A stretch of DNA of 16,725 nucleotides from an uncultured Fibrobacterota bacterium (GTDB taxonomy: Bacteria; Fibrobacterota; Chitinivibrionia; Chitinivibrionales; FEN-1185), in the NCBI GenBank assembly GCA_963753345.1, contig CAVWBU010000003.1:1-16725 (forward strand). Reading direction: 5' to 3'. The notes beneath the pieces were generated by a model, which saw only the letters and a program-made list of their open reading frames with translations, was not told the DNA's origin and made no database searches. Positions 8,340 to 15,475 of the stretch are shown piece by piece (positions within the stretch are counted from its first letter, which is position 1; the number at the start of each line of letters is the position of its first letter). The position numbers were made by a program, and so were the translations under genes.

Positions 8340-9701
8340 TCAAGGCTGGTTGTCTGTTGTCCCATTCTTGATTTTCTTTTCGAGAAATTCTGATGGAAAA
8401 AAGACCAGCTCTTTGCCTCGCTGTTTCTTTTCCAGCAGTTTGAGGCGCTCCAAACCAAAAAGGTCTGTCCGGGCAGTTTGGTAAACAATGTTATTTGTCC
8501 GCTGATGCACTTTGATTGTGTATATCGCATCTTCATGTCTGAGTGCATGCTGAAGAAGGTCTATTTGCCTATGGTTCAAATTGTAGCTCGTACCTCGAAG
8601 CAACCGGTCGACCTTTCTCAGCTCTGAAGAGCGTGCAGTTATGTGCGCGTGCAGCTCATCTATTGCTCGAACCAATACACTCAAGTTGTAGAGGACAAAA
8701 TAGGTGAGGTCGTTATCATCGGATTCGGAGTATAAGAATGAACGCGCGTACTTCGATGGCGCTTTTCTAAGAATTTGCGAAATGGATAAATATTCACAAA
8801 GCCAATATTTTTGACGGAGCATCGACCAGTAGAAAAGGGCACGGGCGCAACGGCCGTTGCCATCGATGAAGGGATGGTCGTATCCCAACCAAAAATGCAG
8901 TATTATGGAACGTATGACCGGATGTATATAAAATGAAGGAGTAATACCGTTGGCAAAATCACACAACGCTTGAATCCGTTCCTTGAGTTGTTCTGCGGGA
9001 GGTGGTGTATGTAAGACTATCTCGCCAACAGCCATATTGTCATAGACGCGAACCTCTTCCTTGTCATTTCTAAATCTTCCAACTGCGCTAGGATCGTCCA
9101 GAGTATTCTCGGACAGGTGCCTATGAAGATCAAGAATGAGTTCAATTGATAGTTCTTCATTTGCCTTTTCCTTTATCAAATGCATGGTATGATAGTTATT
9201 AAGAATCATTCGTTCGCTCTTGTTTTTTGGAGGGCGTTCGGTCCGGATCATTTCTTTCGCTACTTGACGCGTGGAGGTCGCTCCTTCAAGTTGGCTCGAA
9301 GTTATTGCCTCTTCAATCAATGAATGGATCAGGTATTTTTCCTGGGCCCCGGGATTGACTGCATTTTTATCAAATGTCTGAATCTGACCGCCCGCATTCT
9401 GGTCTACTTCATGCAAATATTCCAGGGCCGGGTCTGGCATCCCGAATCGAAAAGGATTTCCACGCAGATCTTTCAAAGGTATTTCCCGTAGCTGCCCATT
9501 TCGTGCGATCTTAATTGCAGCCCACCAATCTTTTAGGGTAAGCCCTTGGGGAGGTTCTCGGTACTGCAATGTATGCCAGTGAAGATACCTATTGTTCCAG
9601 ATTGGGGTCATGTGAGTAAAGACGCGCTGCATTCGTTCAGGATTTTGCGCTATTTCCTGCCAGATCTGCTGAAATGAAGGTGGCGCTTGCGGCTTTTTCA
9701 T
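8340..9701 (-). CDS. Fic family protein (AMPylase) with N-terminal inhibitory motif and C-terminal winged HTH
   Basis: Canonical HPFIDGNGRCAR. The (S/T)xxxE(G/N)-type motif SSQLEG lies upstream of the catalytic loop. C-terminal 'LNHRQIDLL...VYQTARTDLFGLERLKLLEKKQRGKELVF' is wHTH-like. AGGAG RBS. Confidence 0.93.
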   Translation of the reverse strand: MKKPQAPPSFQQIWQEIAQNPERMQRVFTHMTPIWNNRYLHWHTLQYREPPQGLTLKDWWAAIKIARNGQLREIPLKDLRGNPFRFGMPDPALEYLHEVDQNAGGQIQTFDKNAVNPGAQEKYLIHSLIEEAITSSQLEGATSTRQVAKEMIRTERPPKNKSERMILNNYHTMHLIKEKANEELSIELILDLHRHLSENTLDDPSAVGRFRNDKEEVRVYDNMAVGEIVLHTPPPAEQLKERIQALCDFANGITPSFYIHPVIRSIILHFWLGYDHPFIDGNGRCARALFYWSMLRQKYWLCEYLSISQILRKAPSKYARSFLYSESDDNDLTYFVLYNLSVLVRAIDELHAHITARSSELRKVDRLLRGTSYNLNHRQIDLLQHALRHEDAIYTIKVHQRTNNIVYQTARTDLFGLERLKLLEKKQRGKELVFFPSEFLEKKIKNGTTDNQP

Positions 9702-9716
9702 AATCGTTGGTACTCC

Positions 9717-9811
9717 TACTAAAATCTACTAATATTAGATTAAATTAGTAGATACTTAGGTAAGAGTCAATAGATATTACTAATCTTAATACAATTTAGT
9801 AGAAATTAGTA
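9717..9811 (-). promoter_or_regulatory. Fic promoter (TTGACT-17-TAATTT) overlapped by a symmetric TACTAA/TTAGTA operator array
   Basis: TACTAA at 9717, 9727 and 9778; TTAGTA at 9745, 9796 and 9806. These form two TACTAA-N12-TTAGTA palindromes. The -35 is at 9770-9765 and the -10 at 9747-9742 on the minus strand. Confidence 0.7.
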
Positions 9812-9812
9812 A

Positions 9813-9868
9813 TTGAGCCGACGCGAAGGTTCGGCAAAATTGCCCGAAACCTGGCTTCAAGTTGTGCG
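9813..9868 (-). mobile_element. Truncated attC-like site (R'' half only)
   Basis: GCACAAC (same R'' as the 7096-7102 site) lies 20 nt after the flavodoxin stop and is followed by a bulged hairpin. No closing GTT R' box before the Fic operator region. Confidence 0.45.
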
Positions 9869-9887
9869 ATCATTTCTTGAGTGGCGA

Positions 9888-10436
9888 TCAGTTCCCGCCC
9901 TTTACCAACGCAACAAATATCTCAAACCTCTCCCTGATTTCCCCCTTAAAATTCTCCTCCGCCAACCTCGTCTTCATCACAGCAGTTCCATCCGCTCTCT
10001 TGTCCTCCGCCAAAGCCAACCCTATGGGAAATGCCTCACAGTGAATGCATTTGTCCCCAAGCATGTCCTTAATCTTGTCAAAGACGAGGTCATGTCCAAA
10101 CTTTTGACGTTTTGCGGCGTCGGTACTCCCGCAGCACGTGGCAAAAAAAAGTTTATTGATGCTCTTGCCATATTTGCTGAAGAAGTCGGCCAATGGCGAA
10201 ATAACCTGGCCCATCCAGATGGGACTGCATACGATTATCCGATCATATTCACTCACTTTGTGGCTGAGTGCTTTGATTCCAAAACTTGTTTTAGTCAATG
10301 AGAGGAGGATCAGGAATGGAAAGAGATTCAATCTTGGTTTGATCGCTTCAATGTCGCAATTCAATTCCTTGGCAATCCTCTCGGCAAGATACTTGTTATT
10401 GCCGGTATTTGAATAATAAGCAACTAAGGTTTTCAT
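9888..10436 (-). CDS. Flavodoxin family protein
   Basis: YYSNTGNNKYLAERIA FMN-phosphate loop; YDRIIVCSPIWMG; FFATCCGS; AAGGA RBS. Confidence 0.88.
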   Translation of the reverse strand: MKTLVAYYSNTGNNKYLAERIAKELNCDIEAIKPRLNLFPFLILLSLTKTSFGIKALSHKVSEYDRIIVCSPIWMGQVISPLADFFSKYGKSINKLFFATCCGSTDAAKRQKFGHDLVFDKIKDMLGDKCIHCEAFPIGLALAEDKRADGTAVMKTRLAEENFKGEIRERFEIFVALVKGGN

Positions 10437-10494
10437 CAGCAGGTTCCTTTACTCCCCAAAATGGTTGCTAAATATCCAATACAGTACATGTTTC

Positions 10495-10510
10495 ACCGTC
10501 AACTGTCAAC
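10495..10510. repeat. Heptamer tandem repeat AC(C/T)GTCA x2
   Basis: ACCGTCA ACTGTCA AC, overlapping the EFR1 stop codon. Confidence 0.5.
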
Positions 10511-11291
10511 CCCTCACCATCATGTCCTTTATTGTAACATCGGGATGATGATAGCGAGTTTTCCCTGCAGTATTCTTTCCGTACTGAATTGCTTTCTGAG
10601 GACACCAATGAAGGCAGGCAAAGCACTGCTCGCAATGGTGCTGCCAGACGGGCCGGCCTTCGCTCATCTTGATATTAGCGACGGGGCACACCTGCTCGCA
10701 CACGCCGCAGCCATTGCAGTTTGAATCCGCCGTAAACTGTTTGTCCATACCTGGAATCTTCGGCGCAGAGCGCCGATACATTATTCCGCTGAACAGCCAA
10801 TTGACCGCAGGCCAACCGCGATGCAAGCTGCGCTCGCGTTTCTGGATCGAGGCGCAGATTTCATCGATCCTGCGAGCTGCCTTTTCAAACCTGACCTTCT
10901 GTTTCTCCTGCGGCATGGCGCCTCCGAGGGGAGTGTAGTTGTCAACCATGGTGACGGCGAAACCGGCCGCCAACGTCAAACCCCGTTTCGAAAAAAGCTG
11001 GGCCGCCTGAGTCAGGGTGGAACAGGGCATGCCTCCATGTGCAGCCACTGCAAACACGTATGCGTCGGCTGGAACTTTCAACTTCTCAATGAGTCGGGTG
11101 ACAATTAGCGGCAGGCCGAATATGTACACGGGGAAAACAAGGCCTATTCTCGGAGTATTCGGTGATGGTTGGGCGGCATCCGGGTGGGCCATGTGAATAA
11201 GTTTGGTATCGCCCAGTTTTGCTGCAATCGCCCGTGCAACCACGAGAGAATTACCCGAACCTGAGAAGTAGTAAATTGTTGTGCCTGACAT
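10506..11291 (-). CDS. EFR1-family ferrodoxin (flavodoxin-like domain plus 2x[4Fe-4S] ferredoxin)
   Basis: YYFSGSGNSLVVA, GLVFPVY, MVDNY, CNGCGVCEQVCP, CEQCFACLHWCP, RYHHP; AAGGAG RBS. Confidence 0.92.
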   Translation of the reverse strand: MSGTTIYYFSGSGNSLVVARAIAAKLGDTKLIHMAHPDAAQPSPNTPRIGLVFPVYIFGLPLIVTRLIEKLKVPADAYVFAVAAHGGMPCSTLTQAAQLFSKRGLTLAAGFAVTMVDNYTPLGGAMPQEKQKVRFEKAARRIDEICASIQKRERSLHRGWPAVNWLFSGIMYRRSAPKIPGMDKQFTADSNCNGCGVCEQVCPVANIKMSEGRPVWQHHCEQCFACLHWCPQKAIQYGKNTAGKTRYHHPDVTIKDMMVRG

Positions 11292-11363
11292 TGTTCGCTC
11301 CTTCTTATCAATTAAATGGGTCCAATAAACTCTAAGTTTATCCCTCGCTTCACCGTTGTGGCT

Positions 11364-11390
11364 TCAACTGTCTACTGTCAACCGTCAACC
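11364..11390. repeat. Heptamer tandem repeat AC(C/T)GTC(A/T) x3
   Basis: TCA ACTGTCT ACTGTCA ACCGTCA ACC just downstream of the PfkB kinase stop. Confidence 0.65.
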
Positions 11391-11403
11391 AACTTATTCT
11401 TAT

Positions 11404-12405
11404 TTACAACAACTTTCTTATCCTTTCCCATCCCTTATCCGGTATCTGCGCTCCCACCACCTGGCACACCTCATATCCGCAGGCCGCGCCGATCTTTCCT
11501 GCTTTGTCAACCGGATACCCGTTGACGAGCCCGTACAAAAACCCCGATGCCCACAAATCGCCCGCGCCCGTGGTGTCGATTGCCGAACCGTCGCCCATGA
11601 TTCCAATGCTTGCCTTTTTCCCCTTATGGATAATATGGCTTCCCCGTTTGCCCACCTTGACAACTGCGGTTTCGGCTTTCCGCGCCAGCGTCTCAAGCGC
11701 TTGCATCTCGTCTTTGTGGCCGGTGAATGCGGCGGCCTCATCCTCATTGGCAATAAGAATGTCCACATACTCGCGCACCAGATCTTCAAGAATGCCCTTT
11801 GACGCCTCAACCACGGTGTAGGATGCGAGGTCGAGCGACACGAGCGCGCCGGCATTTTTTGCAGCGGCAAGAGCGGCGCGGATGAGCGCTTCGTTGAACA
11901 GCAGATAGCCTTCGATGTGCACGAGCGCCGCGTCTTTGAACTGCTCGGCGAGCAGTTCCTCGGGCCTTGTTTCGCCCGACGCGCCGAGAAACGTGAACAT
12001 TGACCGCTGCGCGTCGGACGTGATGATCGACAGCACGCGGCCGGTTGATGAAGGAGAAACCAGCAATTGCGGCTCGACGTTGTTCGCAACGAGCGCCTTT
12101 TCGAGAAGCGCGCCGAGTTCGTCGTCGCCGCGCTTGCCTATAAAGCGCGCCGGCCCCCCCAGCCTTCCAATGCCGATGATGGTGTTGCACGCCGATCCTC
12201 CGGGAACAATGGAGGGTTTTTCGGAGGACTTTTTCACCGTGCTGTCGATGAAACCCGCGCTCTGTATAAGCGTCATGCCGCCTTTTTTCGCGCCGGTCTG
12301 AGCGAGAAATTCGTCGGTTTCCTTGATGAGAATGTCGACGAGGGCGGATCCGATGCCGACAATGAGATTTTGTTGTGATGTCTTTCTTTCTACGATTTTG
12401 TTCAT
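11404..12405 (-). CDS. PfkB-family carbohydrate/nucleoside kinase (adenosine kinase-like)
   Basis: GIGSALVD, KGGMTL, PGGSACNT, GDDELG, QRSMFTFLGA, ANEDEA, DTTGAGDLWASGFLYG. Confidence 0.93.
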   Translation of the reverse strand: MNKIVERKTSQQNLIVGIGSALVDILIKETDEFLAQTGAKKGGMTLIQSAGFIDSTVKKSSEKPSIVPGGSACNTIIGIGRLGGPARFIGKRGDDELGALLEKALVANNVEPQLLVSPSSTGRVLSIITSDAQRSMFTFLGASGETRPEELLAEQFKDAALVHIEGYLLFNEALIRAALAAAKNAGALVSLDLASYTVVEASKGILEDLVREYVDILIANEDEAAAFTGHKDEMQALETLARKAETAVVKVGKRGSHIIHKGKKASIGIMGDGSAIDTTGAGDLWASGFLYGLVNGYPVDKAGKIGAACGYEVCQVVGAQIPDKGWERIRKLL

Positions 12406-12451
12406 TGGACTTCTTTCTGATAATGATACTCAGCTATCAAATATATAAATT

Positions 12452-12591
12452 GGGCGTTTCCCTCGCCGTGCTCGGGTCGGTTCTCCTTCCGGTCTCGGGC
12501 CTTGCCCTCGGGCCGCCACGGCCCTATGCCGCTCACGCGGCGGGTCCGGGCGGCATTCCGCTATAGCGGGACCTCCAGTCGCCCCTAACGC
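12452..12591 (+). ncRNA. Structured intergenic element resembling the Flavo-1 RNA motif
   Basis: Starts GGGCGTTTCCC...GGGTCGG and ends CCCTAACGC. Pairs: 12454-58/12587-91, 12491-97/12567-73, 12512-17/12549-54 and GCCGC-TCAC-GCGGC. The family assignment is from recalled consensus only. Confidence 0.5.
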
Positions 12592-12749
12592 GCGGTAACA
12601 GAAAGCTCATTAGTCAATTACTTCTTCTCGCGCCAATCGGCATCCGCAACAAAATCGATATCCGCATGTTCTCTTTTAATTCTAAACTTTTCAACTGCTC
12701 TTCTCGGGTGCCGCCACAACAATGCTTGGTCTTACACCTGCTTTGTCAA

Positions 12750-12832
12750 GGCGGCTACCCAGGAGGGGGTAGCGGAGGACACCGCAGGCCGAAGGCCGAG
12801 GAGGCCGGAGCGAGGGGGAGACTTCCCCCGCC
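12750..12832. repeat. Short three-hairpin palindromic element (REP-like)
   Basis: GCTACCC/GGGTAGC (12754-73), GGCC-GAA-GGCC (12787-97) and GGGGGA-GACT-TCCCCC (12814-29). Confidence 0.5.
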
Positions 12833-12859
12833 AAACGATTTACTCACTATTCTTGATTA

Positions 12860-15016
12860 CTATTTATCAACCACTATCTCCGACCTCAATGGATTCAGCC
12901 TCGAGTCCCAGGGAAACACGTAGTAATCCTGGGGCTGCGCCGGCGCCGGCGCCTGTTCCGCGGAGAGCGGCGCCACGGGCTTGCCGTTGGGCCATATTCC
13001 CATGAAGCAGGTTTCCCTGCCGCGGCCGAAAACAAAAGCCTTTGCCTTGAGGTTATTGTCGAACGTGTACGCAGCAAGAGCGTCGAACAACCGGTACACG
13101 CCGTAGTAATCGAGCGCGTCCTCTTCGGCGCGCGGGTCAAACGGGCCTTTTGGCGTATTGTGATCCGCCTTGAGCCTGCAGAAACCGAGCGAGTCGCTGT
13201 TGAGCATGATGAAATTCTTTTCCGAGGCAGGGATGTTGATCGTGTTGAACAGGGAAATGGCCATCCGGTGGTCGTTGACGTGGTCTTCCGCGAAGACCTC
13301 CATAAGAAGTTTGACGCGGGAGGGAAACAGCCGGAGTTTTGTCCTGTCGATCTCGTAGCTGTACCAGGGAGCCATAAGGTGGAGGAACACGCCGTTGGCT
13401 CCCCAGTTCTTATCGACGATCGCCCACAAGGCAAGAGCGGGGATCGCGCCCGCGCCGAATGAGTGACCCGCGAACCCGATTCTCGTTGTGTCAATTCTGG
13501 CGCGGAAATTGTCCACCGCGGTTTCGAACCCCGCCTCTATGGTGGCATATTTCTTGACTTCCCTGGGGTCGCCTCCGGCGGCCATCTGGTAGGGAGAAAA
13601 CACCACCACATATCCTTTGCTTACCATGTGGTTGATAAGCGGCAGATACTGCTGCGGGCTTGACGAGGCGTAGCCGTGGCTGAAGAAAATGACCGGCCGC
13701 GGCGCGGGTGCGTTCTGGGGGGAAAATACATGAACCATGTGGCCGGGCCAGAGCGGCTGCGGAAGGCTGTCGACCGCCATCTGCCAGGGCCCGGCCGAGC
13801 CGAATCCTTCTTCTATGGGCGGAATGGCGCACAGCGAAGTGTCTTTCGGTGCTTTGCGATGGGCCCGGCGCTCCCGGATTTTTTCCCGTTCAAATTCCCA
13901 GTAATTCTTGGATGTCTTTCGCGCATAGTAAAACCTGTTTTTGGGCGTTTCGGGCAAGAACGTGGGCGACACGTCCCTGCGGGGATTGAGCGGATCTTCC
14001 CACACGTTGACATACGGCGGTGTGCGCGAGGTGTCGGGCGAGCGGGTGATGATGCATTCACACACGGGCCGTTTGTCGGGCCAGGTCCCCATGTAGCGTT
14101 GCTCCGCGTTGCCGGTGTCGAGGGCCATTCTCCTTGCCGAAGCGTCGCCGCGGAAAACATAGTCCGCAATCGCATCAACAAATTTATAAACGCCGTAGAA
14201 ATCGAGGGCGTTTTCCGCGCCGTTCTTGTCGGCCGGACCTGCGGGCACGAAATGGTCCGCGATAAGCCGGTATCCGGATATGGAATCGCTCTGCAGTTCC
14301 ACGAACAGCTTCTGGCTGTCCGGGATGGCGATGTTGTCGAACAGGTCGACCGCCATGCGCCGGTCGTTCACCTTGTCACCGCGGAACGTTTCCATGATAA
14401 GGTATGCCTTTGCAGGGAACGCTTCGAGTTCGTCCTGGGTGATGAAATGGGAATACCAGGGCGCCATGATGTAGAGAAACACGCCGTTTTCTCCCCACTG
14501 GTTTTCGATGATGCTGCGCCATGCGATTGCAGGCACGGCACCGCCGCCGTGAGAATGGCCCACGATCCCGATTCTTGTCGTGTCGATGCATGAGCGGAAC
14601 CTCTCCACGGCGGCCTCAAACCCTGCCATGAGGATGCCGTATTTTCTCCGCTGGCCGCGCTCGGCGGCAATGCTTTTGTACGGAGAGAACACGAGAACGT
14701 GGCCGCGGCTCACGATGTTGGTGATGAGCGGCCCGTACAGGACAGGGGCCGTTGCCCCGATCCCGTGACAGAAGAGAATAAGCGGGTACTTGTTTGCGGT
14801 GTCTGCGGGATGAAAAACATAAACGTTTTTTCCCGCCCACTGCGGGCTGGAAACGCTGTCGCACACCACGGCGTGCGGCCCGTTTGCCCCGAAGCCGGAA
14901 AGCGGACGGGGGACGGGCCATTCGTCGCCGGCGACGGCTGCGCCGCACGCGAGAGTCGCGCAAAGAAGGAAGGCACGGCGACACGCGGTCAAGGCAAAGA
15001 CCTCTCTATGCGTCAA
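12860..15016 (-). CDS. Secreted tandem double alpha/beta-hydrolase (chlorophyllase/polyesterase-like fold x2)
   Basis: Signal-peptide-like N-terminus. Two homologous domains each have an HG oxyanion motif, a GHSxG nucleophile (GHSHG, GHSFG), MAPWYS, DxVND and ADH. The TTG start overlaps the dtd end and the exact start is uncertain. Confidence 0.85.
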   Translation of the reverse strand: MTHREVFALTACRRAFLLCATLACGAAVAGDEWPVPRPLSGFGANGPHAVVCDSVSSPQWAGKNVYVFHPADTANKYPLILFCHGIGATAPVLYGPLITNIVSRGHVLVFSPYKSIAAERGQRRKYGILMAGFEAAVERFRSCIDTTRIGIVGHSHGGGAVPAIAWRSIIENQWGENGVFLYIMAPWYSHFITQDELEAFPAKAYLIMETFRGDKVNDRRMAVDLFDNIAIPDSQKLFVELQSDSISGYRLIADHFVPAGPADKNGAENALDFYGVYKFVDAIADYVFRGDASARRMALDTGNAEQRYMGTWPDKRPVCECIITRSPDTSRTPPYVNVWEDPLNPRRDVSPTFLPETPKNRFYYARKTSKNYWEFEREKIRERRAHRKAPKDTSLCAIPPIEEGFGSAGPWQMAVDSLPQPLWPGHMVHVFSPQNAPAPRPVIFFSHGYASSSPQQYLPLINHMVSKGYVVVFSPYQMAAGGDPREVKKYATIEAGFETAVDNFRARIDTTRIGFAGHSFGAGAIPALALWAIVDKNWGANGVFLHLMAPWYSYEIDRTKLRLFPSRVKLLMEVFAEDHVNDHRMAISLFNTINIPASEKNFIMLNSDSLGFCRLKADHNTPKGPFDPRAEEDALDYYGVYRLFDALAAYTFDNNLKAKAFVFGRGRETCFMGIWPNGKPVAPLSAEQAPAPAQPQDYYVFPWDSRLNPLRSEIVVDK

Positions 15017-15443
15017 GCACGAACGTCACGGGTCCGTCGTTGACAAGCTCAACATCCATCATGGCGCCGAACAAGCCCGTTTCAACGTTCGTCACACGGT
15101 TCTTCATCAGGCCCACAAAGTATTCATACAGCTCATTGCCCTTTTCCGGGCCTGCCGCATCCGTAAAGCTGGGCCGCCTGCCTTTTGCGCAATCGCCGTA
15201 AAGGGTGAACTGGGAAACGATAAGCGCGCCGCCGCCGGTGTCGACAAGGGAACGGTTCATTTTTCCCGTGTCGTCGGCGAATATACGGAGGTCCGCGCAT
15301 TTGTCCGAGAGGAAATTGGCCATTGCGGACGTGTCGTCCTTGTGGATGCCGATGAGGATGAGGAGGCCGTGGCTGATGGAGCCGGTTATTGTTCCATTGA
15401 CGGAGACGCTGGCGCGCTTGACACGCTGGAGAACGATGCGCAA
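15006..15443 (-). CDS. dtd: D-aminoacyl-tRNA deacylase
   Basis: MRIVLQRVKRASVSV, LRIF, SQFTLYG, KGRRPSF, FGAMMDVELVNDGPVT. TTG start at 15443 with a GAGGGGG RBS; 145 aa. Confidence 0.96.
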   Translation of the reverse strand: MRIVLQRVKRASVSVNGTITGSISHGLLILIGIHKDDTSAMANFLSDKCADLRIFADDTGKMNRSLVDTGGGALIVSQFTLYGDCAKGRRPSFTDAAGPEKGNELYEYFVGLMKNRVTNVETGLFGAMMDVELVNDGPVTFVLDA

Positions 15444-15475
15444 ACTGTACCCCCTCAGGGGGATGAGGGGGGCCC

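Noticed and set aside
11326-11362. GCCACAAC R''-like box after pfkB and a small ATAAACT/AGTTTAT hairpin
   Set aside because: No matching R' or long paired arms; insufficient for an attC call.
13676-14593. 305-aa + strand ORF
   Set aside because: Antisense shadow of the double hydrolase.
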